A stretch of DNA of 64,000 nt, taken from positions 4,406,739 through 4,470,738 of the forward strand of contig MU058009.1 in assembly GCA_013265495.1 (NCBI GenBank), read 5' to 3'. The first letter of the stretch is position 1; the number at the start of each line of letters is the position of its first letter. The stretch is from Vicugna vicugna. Its lineage: Eukaryota. The notes under the pieces were generated by a model. The model saw nothing but the letters and a program-made list of their open reading frames with translations, was not told the DNA's origin and ran no database searches. A program made the position numbers and the translations under genes. Positions 13,395 through 27,289 of this stretch are shown here, one piece after another.

Positions 13395-13560
13395 TATTTT
13401 TATCTATTTATTACTGTATGATTTAATTATTACTATTTTTTCATTTTGGTGAGGGGGAGGTGATTAGGTTTATTTACTTTTAGAGGAGGTACTGGGGATT
13501 GAACCCGGGACCTTGTGCCTGCTAAGCACGCGCTCTGCCGCTCAAGCTGTCCCCTCCCCC
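13395..13560 (-). mobile_element. Vic-1-type tRNA-derived SINE (camelid)
   Basis: The minus strand reads gggggaggggacagcttgagcggcagagcgcgtgcttagcaggcacaaggtcccgggttcaatccccagtacctcc...taaataaacctaatcacctccccc plus an A-rich tail, with pol III A and B boxes (ggttcaatccc). It matches the camelid SINE as I know it. Confidence 0.85.
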
Positions 13561-14899
13561 TGTATGCGAGTGGGAGAGCCCCTGGGGAGCAGGCAGGGGG
13601 CGTGGCCCTGGCGGCATCAGAGCCAGGCCGGGATGAGCTACAAAGCTGGACGGTGGGCCGGATTACTGCATCGTGTGGCTCTTACTTTGTGTTTGGCTTT
13701 ACTCCTTTGATAACTATCTAAGTTTAAAAAGCTAAAGCTCTAAACTCTGATTAGAAACAATGAACAGTACCTGCATGTAAATTAAAAAAAAAACAACAAA
13801 TATCCAGAATAGATAAACCCAAAGAGAGAGATTGCATATTGGTGGTTCCCAGGGGCCGGGAGGAGGCTGCCCAGAGAGGGGAAGTGTTTAATGTGTAAGA
13901 GGTTTTATTCTGGGCAGTCAGGACTGGCTATAGACGTAAAGGAGACTCTGAAAGTGGCCGCGCCTGTGCCCCGACTCCCTACCGTTTGGAGAAGGCGCAA
14001 AGGCGCTGTTCTCACATGCACACTGTGTGCACGCCCGTGCGGTGGAGGGCCCGTGTGCCGGAGAGAGCTGAACACGGTGCGTGGCACACTCCCTGCCTCT
14101 GCTACACCCAGCACTTCCCCTCAGCCACCGCGCCCCAGCTTTTACACTTGGCATTGACGGCTCCTCGTAGGGCTTCCAGACGTGGATGACACACCTCACT
14201 GCACGGTGTAGGGGCTCGTACCCCAAGGGGCCGTCGAAGGGGCCGGATGATGCAACCCAGAAATGCAGGAGACGCTGCACTGCACAGAACACCTGAGCTA
14301 ACGGAAGGCAAGGGAGGGGATGCGGCAGGGAAAATAACCCTCCCTTTCCTCTCTCCTGTGCACTCGGCCAACGCATGGCTTTCCCATGCACACCGTCTAA
14401 AGGAGACGCGCGCCGAGCAGCAGCGACTGCTAAGCCACCAGCTTTGTCCCCCCACTGCTGGGCTCCCTGGGAAGCGGGCGCCAGTGCAGTAAAGCATCGC
14501 GGTGCTTTGCTTTTTAAGTCTCTTACTGTTGCATTCCACCTTCTCCTCCTCTTTGCTGCCCTGGGTCTGCTCTACCCAAACGAAGCACCAGCAGTTCCTA
14601 GTTTCCCAGGAATCCTGGCTAAGAGACGAGCCTTCGCCTGCACACAGAACTCTCACTTCTTTCTCTGACAAACAAGTCGCCTCTACTTCTATTTGAAGGG
14701 AACCCTCCTTGGACAGTCAAATCCATCCCGTTTGCTCACTCAGGTTCCTTTCCTTGCCTTACTGTTTCCTCTGTGTCCTGCACGTCCCCGCGACGGGGTC
14801 TTCCCCATCAGACCACAGACACGCCAGCACCCCCGACCCTTAAAGCTCCATCCTGCGCCCGCATCGCCCCTGCAGCCACTGCTTACTTTCTCGCCGGCC

Positions 14900-16450
14900 T
14901 CTGCAGCAAACTCCTTCAAGTGACTGTCTTCTCCACTCCCTCCTCATCTACTATTTCTTTAACATCTGCCAGGATTTTGTCCTCAGTCTTTCACTCACAA
15001 AAACTGCACATCAATGTCCTTCCTTTCAAAAAATATTCCCCCCAAAGTACCTTGCAAGTCTCAGTCCTGACCTGTTACCCCTTTGGCAAGATTTGGGTTC
15101 CGTTGCTCGCTGCCGCTTTCAGGGACGTCTTCCATTCGGTGCCCAGGACGCCGCCTCCCCTGCCCCTTCCCACCTCAGCGCAGGGCCTTCCGGCCGCGCG
15201 TCTTGGCGATGCTCCCGTCTCTCGCTCTACATGTGGGTTTCAGACCTCTTCCCTTCTCCAGCTGCAGCTTCTTCCTGACTTTAAAGCCCACCCATATCCT
15301 GACAGACGCCAACTTCGTGTCTGCAGTGCCAACTTCTCCCCTAAGCTCTGGACTCATGTAATCCACCCCGGGGCACCTGGATGCAGGACAGAAACCTCAA
15401 AGGCGTCATGCCTGCACAGGGCCACACACACACACACACACGGACACACACATATAGACACATGGACGCACACAGAGACACACACACACACATACACACA
15501 GACGCACACTTACAGACACATGGACAGACACAGAGACACGCAGACACACACATGGACTCAGATACACACGCAGGGACACACACGGACACACATGTGGACA
15601 CATGCAGATGCACACATGAACAGACATGGCCATACACACATTGACACACAGACACCAGCACATACGTGCACACACACCCCTCCACTCACACCCAGCAGTG
15701 CCCGTCCCCCCTCCAGGAGTGGAGAAAGGGGGCCTGGGAGGCCCCCCCAGACGCCCTGGCCGCGCAGCCCCCTGTGCCTGCCGCCAGCACAGTCCGCCCG
15801 GCAGCGTCTTCCCTAGAACCCTAGACCCAGATGTGCCTCATGCTCCACCAGCAGCACCTACGAGAAGCCACCTGAATTCCAGCCAGGACGAGCGCAGCGG
15901 CTTTCCAGCTGACCTCTCTTCCTTCTCGCTTCTTAAATCACTGTTCTCATGGCAACCAGGAATATTATTTAAAATGCATAACTCACACCATGTCATTCTT
16001 CGTTCACGACTTCCAGAGATTTTCCCCAACTCACACAGGGAAAAATATTGTTTTAAATGTTATCAGGCTTACAAGGTCCTATGTGACTGGGCCTCTGGCT
16101 ACCTCTCTGAGTTCACCTGCCAAGTCCCTACTCCCTTAGATCTAGCTTGACGTCTTTGCTGTTCCTCCAACTCCCTAACGTGTGCTTACCCCAGGACCTT
16201 TGCACCGGCTGCTGCAGCTGTCTGGATGCTCTTCCCCAGGACCCTCACGGCTTGCTCCTTCACGACACGCAGATCTCTGCTGGTATCTAGGGTCCCTCTC
16301 CCTCCGGCTGTTTGATGTCCCTTCACAGCACTTAGCGCCAACTGCCAACTTACTACGCATTCACCTGCTGTCTGCTTTCCCACTAGAAAACGAGGTCCAC
16401 AGAGGCCGCGACAGTGTGCTATTCATCCTGGCACCCCAGCACTGTAGTTA
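14900..16450 (+). mobile_element. L2 LINE fragment interrupted by a CA-rich simple repeat
   Basis: L2 sense motifs: ttctcccctaagctctggactc, tacaaggtcctatgtgactggg, ccccaggacctttgcac, ttcccactagaaaacgaggtccacagagg. Confidence 0.75.
15423..15678. repeat. Degenerate (CA)n / CACAGA low-complexity repeat
   Basis: About 250 bp of cacacaca/cagacaca/catggaca units. Confidence 0.92.
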
Positions 16451-17334
16451 AACCATCTGTCCTTTTTGTGTGTGTTTCAAATGTCTTCTTAGTTTAGGAA
16501 CTTGAGGTTTCTCCCCACTGTTGTAGGGTTTATCTTAAATACTGTGATGCTGGATTGCCACACATATTTCAGCATTTGGGACCACGAGCTCACCGTTCAG
16601 ACATCTCCTTCTGTGTGGACCACGGAAGCGTCCACGAAAGTCGCTTTCCTTGTTGCTTCTGTCAAACTGTTACTAATGTTGCAGGTTCCAAACCAGTAAT
16701 AGCTAATGCATCAGTTTGGGTCTTCACCCCTCTGCAGTTCAGACCGGCCTCTCTGATTGCTGTAGTTGGATCGCTTTTGCCCTGGGGTCCGGCTGGAGTA
16801 GTGCTTCTCTGTTTTCTTCAGGCCAGGAAGTGGAGATGTTTCCAGCCACCACATTTCCCAGGCTCCTGGCTTCGTCAGCTGCCCGCCCAGCCCCCGCAGG
16901 GCCGGCAACCAAGGTCCGTCCCGCAGAGACATCAGCCCCTCAGGCGCACCTCCTGCCCGTTTCCCTGCACATCCTCTGCCCTCACAGCCTTCTTGCCTCC
17001 ATGCAGCCCATCGTTCCTCTGGAAGATGGAGTCAGTCCTTTCTTCATGTCCAAGCTTGGCTACGTATTTGATTTCTTTAAAAAATACATTTCACCTGGTG
17101 TTTCATGTATTTGAAGTGGGAGGGGCTTCCCGGAGCAGCTTAGCGTAGTCTGGACTGGAAACCTCTCGCGCCATCTGAGAACACCTGGGGCAACGTCGGA
17201 GGCTCAGAGGCTCCCAGGGACGGCGGCTGGTGGCGCGCAGGCGGCGCAGCAGGTGGGGCTGCGGTGACAGCGCGAAGAGGCAGTTGGCACCGGGAAGCAC
17301 GTCCGGCTGCCCGAGAAGAGTTCCAGACACCGGG

Positions 17335-17735
17335 CTGACTTCCTGTGCCTGCCGTAACAAACGAGCACGCGCTTGGCCCTTAAAACAGCACGCGCTTACT
17401 CCCTTACAGTTCTGGAGGCCAGAAGTCAGGCATCTGTGTCACCGGGCTGCCGTCAGGGTGCTGGCATGGCCACGCTCCTTTCAGGGACTCTCGGGGAGAC
17501 CCTGCTCCGGGCCCCTTCCAGCTTCCCGTGGACATCAGCAGTCCCTGGCTTGGGGTGGCGTCACTCCCACCTTCAAATCCAAACCTTTAAATCTCTCTCT
17601 GGTCTGGCGTTCCATAGCCCTCTGTCCGTGTGTCCCGTCTCCCTCTGCCTCTTCCACACGAGGATCCACGTGATGGCATTCAGGGGCCACTGGGTCATCC
17701 AGGATACCTCCTCATCTCAAGACTCTTAACTGTAA
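17335..17735 (-). mobile_element. MLT1 (MaLR) solo LTR, MLT1B/C-like
   Basis: gccgtaacaaa...cttaaaacagcac...ttacagttctggaggccagaagtc...ggtcatccaggatacctcctcatctcaagactcttaac is the typical antisense MLT1 pattern. Confidence 0.85.
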
Positions 17736-19399
17736 AAACCCACCCCTGTTTTGCTGTTTCTGTTTCTGTTTGAGGGTGGATTCGCAGACTGCAGGAGTTG
17801 GAAGGTGAATATAATTTCTGTCATTCAGGGGGGACCACGGCTCAGTCCAGCACAGGCCGTGATGATGGCGGCAAACAAGAAAAGGCACCCCTTCCTCCTG
17901 GCATCCTTAAAGGGGCGGTTTCAGGGGGAGCAGCAGAAACGCTCGAAAGCCTGTCAGCCGAGACCAGGAGAGCCGGTCTAGAGGGGGGAGGTGAGGACTA
18001 GGTGAGTCGAGTCACGGCTGGGAACCTTCATCAGAAAGATGACAGTTTCGTGATGATCCCGTTCCCGGAGGGGTCCCAGGGAGAGGACTGAGGACGAGAA
18101 GGCGTGGTGCTGCCTCTGACACCCCCAGTTCTCCGCAGCTCAGCTGAGCTGTAGGTGACGGAATTTACTTCGTAATCAAACCACCCGTGTGTCTGAGTGG
18201 CTGTGGAATAAAACCACAAACTGGCTGTGTCACAGTCCTCGTCCCCAGCATGAAGAGCACACGGATCTTGAGGGCTGGGGTCAGACCAAGATCGACACCC
18301 TCATTTCAAGCTCACCAGGGTCAACCACAGGGCCATGAAAGTCCCTCAAAATAAATTGAAGCCTTTTCTACAGGAAGAGTGTATTTCCTAAATTTGGGGA
18401 GGGGTGGGGGAAAGACCCTGACCCACAGGGGTCACGTAAAAAGAAGGGTGGGGCTGCACAGAGTTCAATAAACTAAGAAGCTCATTGGGGTCAGAGAACA
18501 GCACGAGCGCTCGCTCACATCGATTTAGAGTCGAGCGCTGTTCTCTCTTCAAAACTCAGCCCAGCAGGGGGCCCCGGAAGGCGAAGGAGGTCAGAGAGAA
18601 GACAGGGATCTTTCCACAAGGGCATTAAGTTTTCCGAGACTCAACGTCAAGACTAGACAAGCTGCCTGTTAGATGTGAGGACCCAAATGACGGCCTGGCT
18701 TTCTTCTAACGACGGAACGGGCGGCAGCACACCCCGCACCTCCCGCTCAGCGTGACCTGCGACTACACCCTACCCCTCACAGAGTCACCAGGTGAGCAGA
18801 GCTCATCATTTTAAAATGCAAATGATCCCAGAGAGAAAAGCACCCTGGTCACTGCAGACCTCAGTGGGAGCACCTCCCATCAACCAACCCCACGCCTTCT
18901 GTGCTCCAGCCTCGGGAGGGAGGTGAAAATAACTCTCGATAGGGGGTCGGTCCCCTGCTCTCTGCTCATATCCAGCTACCTGCCTGCTCTGACAAGAGGG
19001 GCGCGAGGGCCAGCCTGGGTCTCTGGGTCTTAGTTCCATTGTCTGGAAGGTTCTGGGGGCCGGGAAACAAGAGAAGGGCGCCTGGCCACCTGTTCCTTAA
19101 CTGCATCTCAGTGGCCTCAGGCCTGGGGGAAAAAGGTCCTCAATGTCTCCTCCGGCTCCTGCTCCCTCTTCGAGGTGGGGTCCCCCCCAAACCTGGAGAG
19201 CAGAGCTGTGCCTTATTTAGGGCGCTCACCAGGGCCCAGCACAGGGGCTCCACACAGACGGCAGGGAACCCGGCGCCCAGAGAAGGCACAGTCTTGACCT
19301 CTCTTGCATCCGGGGGGCAGTCGGAGGGTGCCATCTGTGCTCAGGCACCTTGCCAGCCGCTCACACAGAATTTGCATTTGTGAATTCTTCAACAGCCCC

Positions 19400-19510
19400 G
19401 TGCCGAGGCTGTGATTCTCAATTCCACGGATAAGGAAACTGAGCACAGAGAAGCGAAGCGAGGTTGCAGGGCAGTGGAGAGTGTTAGCGTCCGAATTCCT
19501 GTCCCGTGGC
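19400..19510 (-). mobile_element. MIR core fragment
   Basis: cacggataaggaaactgagcacagagaagcgaagcgaggttgc. Confidence 0.65.
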
Positions 19511-22500
19511 TGCAAGCTGGGTGTCCCCGCCCGCCCCCGGGTCCCCGGAGGCCCTCCGTGCACACGGGGCTCCAGCTTTGCACAGAGGGAGGGCGAGGAG
19601 GAAGACCTGCGGAGGCTTCCGAACGCATCCTGTTCCAGGTACAGGTAGAGGAAAGGGGCCAGCGGACCTGCGCGCTGGGGCCACGCGGGATTGGAGGGAG
19701 CGGTGGGCGGGGCTAGCCCGGGAGGGCGGGGTGACCCCCGAGGCCTGTGTCCTGAAGCAGGTGACATTCCGGCCGCCCTGCCAGTAGCCTGCAGTGCAGC
19801 GCGGGCTCAGTGGCAGCAGCGCTGCTCCCTCCGGGGAGGGGGTGTCCTCAAGTCCCCCGGCGGCTGCGGAGCCCGTGTGCCGCGAGTGCCCCCCGGTGGC
19901 CAGAGGGAGAACTGGAGCCCTCGCAGGCGTTGGGGGGGCCCTTCGCCACGAGCAGGTGCTGCAGGGCGACTCCCCCAAGCCCAAATTTTGAACCGGCCCC
20001 TTCGTTCAGAAGAACAAATAACTGAGCAGATGTCCCGGCCCAGCGCAAGGGGCTTGCTCTTCTGTCCCTCCTTCCGCAGCGGGGCCTCTGGCCCTGGGCT
20101 CCTCCTGGGCTCTCAAGGGCCCTGGGGTCCGAGCAAGGCGGCCGGTCCCTCAGCCCCTCCTTCCCTCCGGGTGAAGGGCCCGGGCTGGGAGTCAGCGTGT
20201 GGGCTGGGGATGTCGGGGACTTTGCGTCGCTTTGTTTTATTGGGCAAGTTTTTCTCTGGATTTCAGTTTCTCCATCTACAAAACAAGCCCTGGATGGTGC
20301 TGGGGTCGGCCCAGGGATCAGGTGTGGGTTGCTCCCTCCTGGGCCCTGGCCCCTCCTGTGGCCCCTCATTCTGTCCCTCCCCGTGGGGAGTCAGGAGGAA
20401 TGTGGGTGCTTTAAGGGGGAAGAGAGTTTATGGAGATTAGAGGACCGAGGAGATGGTTACTGAGGGGTTGGTCACTGGGGCTCCTCCCACTGCAGCCTTC
20501 GAGTCCATGCAAGAACATTCACCCCTGCCCAGAGGATGAGCAGTTCTCCTGTTCCTTTAATTCAATCAACACATAGTTGTTTAGCGGCTGTTGTGTGCCG
20601 AGTGGTGTGTTGCCCCAGTCCTCCCCGCCCGCTGCCTAGTAACTGGGGGAAGACACACACTTGCATCTTAGTGACCATAATGTGGGATTACATCTCTGCT
20701 CTGCACGCATCTCTGTAAAACTGCCTGTACATGAGAGAAACAGAAAACAAAAAAAGTAAGACAAGAGTTGATTTGATGGCATGTTGGAAGGTGGGAGTGG
20801 GCAGCTTTTATTGTTATAACGTTGTCCATGAGACACACACAGACTCACAAGGATGTGGAGACAGAAGGCGGGGACAGACGCAGGGCACCGCAAGCCTGGG
20901 GGCCGCAGTGTCACTCTCGTGACGGCGTCTAGAAAGTCCTGGCACAGAGGCCACCTCCACACCAGCACAAAAGGTGGCCGTCCGTACATCCAGGGAGGTG
21001 GGCTGTGCGGTAAAAAAGTTAATAAACAGATTCATTCGTTCAATTGGTCAGTCAGTGATTCACGGCTAAAGATACACAGACAATTAATACACATTTCATG
21101 CCCTGCAGGAAAACACAAGGAGAACGAACACGAAAGAGTCCAGAAATGTTCTTTATCGGGTGAACACAGCCCAAGAGAAGTGTTTTCTTAATTAGCCACT
21201 AATGACAGCTTCCCGTTTTCTCCGCGCTGTTTGTAAGCGACCTGTCAGTTTTGAGCGGTGTTAGTGCTACTGTCAGTGTTCACTCTGGGTCTGCGGGTCC
21301 TCCTGGGAGAGGGGAGGGGAGGAGACAGGGAGGACGTGACAGGGAGGAGTGTGTTTTAAATGGATCAGGATTATATCAATTGGAAGACAGAGCCCTGAAA
21401 TAGAGCTTGTGAAAACTTGGAACAAAACCGTAACATCTGAATTAATCCTGAACTCACCCAGGACAGCAGCGGCCTCCCCGGTTCCCATCCCAGGGCGGCC
21501 TAACTAAGCGTGTGTGTCCTCCGTGACTGCACGCTGGTCCCCGCTGCGCCCCGTGCTGAGCTGACACCAGGCGGCGTCTACCCAGGACCCAGACACAGGT
21601 GCAATCTCTTCCCCCCACACGCACCCCGACTGGCTTGTGCTGCAGAAGCAAGGTCAACGCTGGAGGAAGGGGCTGGGGGGCAGGGCTGGTCCCACGGACA
21701 GACAGCGGGGGGTCAGACCGGGCAGCGCCCTCTCCCCGCCTCTGGTTAAACGAGGGGGCTGCCTGGGGGAGACACACCCAAACCCTTGCCTGCATCACTG
21801 ACCCCTGACACGGAGGGGAAGTTCGCAGCGGGAACGGGCCGCACTAGATGGAGGAGGGTCCGCTGACCCTTGCCAAGGGGATGGCCACTTGCTGGCTGGC
21901 CACCTTCTGCCTCCCGGGCAGGTCTTCAAGGACTGGGCGGTGGCGGGATGAGCTCTTGAGGCCCTGGTCTGCACCACGCTCGGCTTCCTTTGGGCTGACA
22001 CACGATTTGGTTCATGTGTCAAAAACAAACAACCCCAAATTTTACCCCCCCACCATCACAGTCTCACTCTCCAAAACGCTCCAGCTTATGTTCATGTGAA
22101 CAAAACGCCCCCTCGCCCTGGCCCCATGCCTCGCAGTAACACCGAGCGCTTCTAGGAAACAAGAGTCTCTTGTAAGAAACATCATGGAGAGCCGTGGATT
22201 TTTTGTTTGTGTGAGTCTTTCAGACCAAGCTGCCATCTTTAATATTCTTTTCTGAAGCTCCACGCAAAAGCAGAGTTTCTGCAAAGTGAATGAAGACATT
22301 TAGTGTTGAAGAATTTGATAAAAATCAGACTGTTTTCCCCTTGAAAGAATGTATTGCGGCTCAGAGCAAACAAGACAGGCAGCCAGACAGCCTCAGCCGA
22401 GCTCTGTTCACCCCGTTTTCTGAACACTTTATCTGCCCCTAAAATCGAGCACAGGGAAGCGGACGTGGGCGGGGCCTGGGGCGCGAGGGGCTCCCGCCCT

Positions 22501-22547
22501 TCTCTTCCGCGGCGGGCTCTGGGGGTGGAGGAGAACCCTGGTCAATA

Positions 22548-22679
22548 NNNNNNNNNNNNNNNNNNNNNNNNNNNNNNNNNNNNNNNNNNNNNNNNNNNNN
22601 NNNNNNNNNNNNNNNNNNNNNNNNNNNNNNNNNNNNNNNNNNNNNNNNNNNNNNNNNNNNNNNNNNNNNNNNNNNNNNN
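22548..22679. other. Assembly gap (N run)
   Basis: Run of N bases. Confidence 0.99.
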
Positions 22680-23169
22680 CCCGCGAAGATAATGTTTTAG
22701 TCTCGATTTGAACTTGAAAACAGAAGTAAATTTTCCGCAGCAACAGCTGGGCTGGTTCCATCCAGGAGGCTCTCTATTAACTGCACGGGAAGGGCCCTTA
22801 TGGCCTCTTCTAATGGCTTCCTCTGCACTTTTGTCTCATCAAAAAAGCCAAATTGATTGCGGCGCTGCTGTTTACTGACGTGGCGCCCCCCTCACCCCAG
22901 AGTGTGGGCTCCCGGGGGGGCCCTCGTGCGGGAGGGGAGCTGTGGACCCGGGGCTGCCGGTGGGACCTGGGTGGGGAGCTGGGGGTCTGGCCTCAGCTTC
23001 ACTCCACAGGTCATGGTTCCTGGGCGGACTTGGTGCGAAAGCCGCTGCAGGAGCGGGGGCGCTTCTGCATCTGAAGTCATTTCTGGGCTTTAATCGCCCT
23101 CCAGACCCTCCCCCAGCGGGACGTGGCCTCTGAGGTCTGTGCGTCGCCATTTAACATTTTAGTCACAGG

Positions 23170-23232
23170 TGAGTGTGTGCGCACGTGTATGTGTGTGTGT
23201 GGTATGTGTGTGTGAGGGTGTGTGTGCGTGGG
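23170..23232. repeat. Degenerate (TG)n microsatellite
   Basis: gtgagtgtgtgcgcacgtgtatgtgtgtgtgtggtatgtgtgtgtgagggtgtgtgtgcgtg. Confidence 0.8.
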
Positions 23233-26200
23233 GGGGGCACCCTCCTGATTCTATGCCACACTCCCTGGCAGCAGGGACCACATTTAATGCCACTAGAGTC
23301 TTCATTGGACTTGATAAGAAGCTGACACCCAGGATGGGCTCTTAGAAAGGGGGCCAAGATGTGGGGGACCCACTGGCCCAGAAGCCTGGGTCTGATCCCC
23401 CATCGCATCACTGCCCTCGGTCCTGTTCCCGAGAGCCCTCGGGAAATGCGGCCAGTTTAAGGTTTGCCTCCTGCTGACGCCTCCCTGTTAGTTGAGACCT
23501 GAGGGTGCAGTGCGGGCGGGCAGGGTTTGCCCATGACCGAGAGGAAAGGTCTGGCGAGGAAGTCCAAGTGCGGCCTCCCAGGGCAGGAGAGGGGCGAGCT
23601 GTGGTGCTGGAGGGAGGGCGGAGCGGGGCAGCAGAGGGAAGGGGGCCTGGATCCCCGAGTCCCGCCCGGCTGCTGGCCAGCTGGGAGACCCAGGGCACAC
23701 TCCCGGCCTCTGAGTTGAGGTGTTTTGTCTGAAAACTGTGAACGGTGAAACCCAAGCGTCTCAGAAAATGGACAAGAATATAAACGCAAGGGTAGCCTTG
23801 CCCCTGAAGAGAAGCAAGCAAGCAAACAATTCAAACAAGGGGGAAAAGAAAGAAAATGAGCAGAGGCCAGCTGTTTGGTCCAGACCCGCTTCTTTTCAGA
23901 CGGAAGTGAGCAGGCAGATCCCGCGGGTCCTCCCTGCTCAGCGCCGCATTACCTTTCGTCTCTGTACGACCCTCTCCAACCCAGGCCCCCCCGCGCCCAG
24001 GCAGCCCACAGCCGCCGGCCCCGCCGCCCCGGCTCGCCCCGGCCTGCGGGTGACGACCGTCTCCCTTCCGCCCCGTCCGGGGCGTCTCCCACGGCCCCGC
24101 TCTGCGGGCTGCTCTGGCCGTGCTGTTCCTCAGCTCAGGAGCCCCAGATGCACTGAGTCCACGGTCACCGAGGTTTAGCACGTGCCAGGCCCTGCTGTCG
24201 GTGTCTGAGTTACCGGGAGCGCAGAGACGGCCCGCTGTCCTTGGCTGGGGGCGGTGGAGGGAGACAGAGGGCCTGGTCGAGTCGAGGAGACGGGGAAGAG
24301 AGATGCTCATGCAGACGCTTGCTTATATTTGAAGCCGATAGTTCCCAGCCCCGAGTGGAGTCGGGTTTGGCTGAATAGAGTCCATGTCTCATCGGCTGTA
24401 ACCTGTCTTCCTGGGCTGTGACCTCTGGTGATGTGTCTTGTTTCATCCAAACCAGAGAACAAAGAGAAGCCACCCCGTCCTACCCGCGTGCTTCTCTGCT
24501 GTGCCCTGGGAGCCTGGGATTCAGCTCTTTCCTCTCGTGGGTTTTCTGCAGGCTCGATGGGTCCCCTGCTGTGTGTGGCTTCTCCGAGGCTCTCAGACTT
24601 GGGCCCGGTTTAGGGTCAGACACACATAAGCCAACACTACCCAGGGCTTGTTCGTCAGCAGCAAAGGGGACAGGGTCAGCCTAGAGGGCACATCCTCTTG
24701 ACCTGAGCCTTGGGGCCAGGAAAGTGTCTGGGGACTTGGTGCCATTTTTGTTCAAGAGATGCAACCTCCACCTTCCCTTCTGGAAGCTCACGAAGAAGGC
24801 AGACTTGCACAGACTTCAGTGACCTGCTCTCGTGTTGGGTAAATAGAGCCCCGAGGACAGGAGGCCTCGGGGCTGAGCTGACTGAGCACACAGTGTCGCA
24901 TCCGTGTGGCCACGATGGAGGTGGATTCCAGCCCCACCGACCTCCATCATTTTTAGGTTGTGTGAATATGATGTGAATTTTTTAGTGTATGTGGAAGCTC
25001 TGAACTCCACCGTGGTTTCTGTAAACACCAAAGTCAGCAGCGTTTGGCCCTTGCTCTGTGCCCGAGCCCTGCCCGCATCCACCCTTGCTCACGCGTCACA
25101 GCTGTCATTACGCTCTTGTGCAAGGGGTAGGCTTGCTCGAGCGTACCTGCGGACGTCCCTGCGCTCAGACAAAAAGCACACGCACGTGATAGGACTGTTC
25201 ACCACCCCGGCCCCCTCTGTGTCTTGTCTGACTCCTCTCCTCAGCCATTTCAAGTTTCTCGAGGTGGGAATTCAGAGGAAGGAGAGGGGCAGGTGGAGGA
25301 AACCGCCGAGGCTGCCCACGGCCCAGAGACCAGGGCCGGCAAGAGCGGGGCAGCGACCGTGCAGACCTCTGCCAGCAGCTCCACAAGGAAGTGGCATCAC
25401 AGTGGCCACGTCTGGCCGGCAAACTGACTGGGCACCGGAGCAAGCACCTTCGCACAGGGAGGAAGACGTGAAATGGGAGGATCACAGACGGGGACGTCTG
25501 GGCAGCCCGCGTGGCATGGAGATGGAGACACCCTCACCGAGAGCAGACCCGGGCCTTTGGTCCGAGGGCCTCTGACGCGTCCCTTTGCCGCCCGAGCTGC
25601 TCTGCCACCAATCAGCTGGCTTCCCTGAGACCTTCGCCCACGAAGAGACAGAAACTGGAGTGGTTTGGTCTCGTAACTGGAGCCACGGTCCTTGCAAGCC
25701 CGCCTGGCAGGGAACAAGACCAAGAGCGAGAAAGGAAGCAGGCTCCGCGGGCGCCAGCCCGCATCCTTCCTCAGGGCCAGCCGGCCCAGAAAGCCCCCTG
25801 CCCTGCGGGGTCTGGGCGCCGGGGCTCAGGGCACCCTCCCTGCTTCTGCAGGCGGTTCGCTTCCAGGCCAGCGACCGCACGGAGGCCTCGGGAAAGGGGA
25901 GAAGGAGGTGGGTGTGACAACACTAAGGGGCTGGGAACGTGCTTCGTTCCCCGTGACCCTGACGACAAGTGTGAGAACGCGGCGTTTAAGCAGAGCCTTT
26001 CCTCACGCTGGGTCCTCTAGGCCATCCGGTGGGGTAGGTGTGGGGGTGGTTTGGAAAAGGGCATAGACAGAGCAGGGGGAGACGGAACTGCCCTCGCTGC
26101 GTGGCCACCTCCCTGTGCCGGGCATCCACCTGGCGCTTGCCTGTCCTTCCCACCGCACCTGCCCAGCCCCTCAGTCGTCAACACGACCGTGCAGACAAGG

Positions 26201-27289
26201 AGGCCGTGGCTGTGGGGGATTTTGCTGTAAACTCACGGGCACAACTGTACGCGGCACAACTCAGTTCTCCCAGCTTGCAGATCCGGCCGCCTCCCCTCAG
26301 CGCATCACACCCCCGGGCTCACTGCGGCTGAGTGTGGACACGTACTGATGGCCACCCGTGAGACTCAGCCGGACACCATCGGTTCACTTCCTGCGGAGAT
26401 TCAGCCCTCACTCGCTCTGGAAGGGCCTCTCTGGGATCATTCGGGGAAAATGAACAGAGCCAGACGTGCAGCTGTAGTCCTGGTCGTTCAAGCGGCGTGA
26501 ACGCCTCTTAGTCGGAAGTAGCTCTCTGATGAGAACTGGAAGCTTACGAACCTTCCTGAAATTAGTTCACAAGCAAGTGAGCATCAAACAATACGGAGAA
26601 AAGGCAAAGAGGATTTGCTTCCTCTCCCTCATGGAGCAGATGAACTCTCAGTGCCCGGCGATTCCTGAGAATGTCAAATCCCACCTGGGCGGTGGGACAG
26701 CGGCGCCCGTCCCGTCCCACTTGAATCACCTGTCCCTTCCTGAGTGCCTAGTCGAGGACCACTCCCTGCCCTTCCATCACAAGCGCCAGAGGCAATAACT
26801 TTGCGTAACAAAATCAAGATTCAGAGGAAATGGAGGGTGAGAGATGAACCGCAGATGATCCAAGGAGCTCGACTTCCCCTGCAGTTGAATGGGCGGCAGT
26901 GGAAGGAAATCAGGCACCCCTTGTGGATGACGTGGTGCAATTAGATGACTCAGGAAGTGCTGCTGGTGCTTCAAGCCGCTCCGCCTGGACGTTCTCAGGA
27001 TGTTTGCAAATGAGTAAATCAAAAACTGGATGGGATCTCATCCCTCCAGGGCTTTTGGAATCACGGAATCATCTCGTCTTCTCCCCAGTTGGTGAGCGAG
27101 CTCAAAAACCTGGAATAGTCCTCATGTTTCACATCCTCCATTACCCTAGGTGTCTGGTCCTTCTCATTTGATTTACCCCCTAAAACTCATCCCGACTTGC
27201 TTGCTTCTTGTTAATCCTTATCATTTCTCACCCGAATTGCTGAAATTACCCCTAACTTGCTTCTCTCTTGCCAGCTTGACCAGCACCCA

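Noticed and set aside
13490-13560. tRNA-like sequence
   Set aside because: It is the head of a SINE with a SINE body and A-rich tail, not a tRNA gene.
14773-15816. 347-aa plus-strand ORF with an HT-rich tract
   Set aside because: It is a translation of an L2 relic plus a (CA)n repeat.
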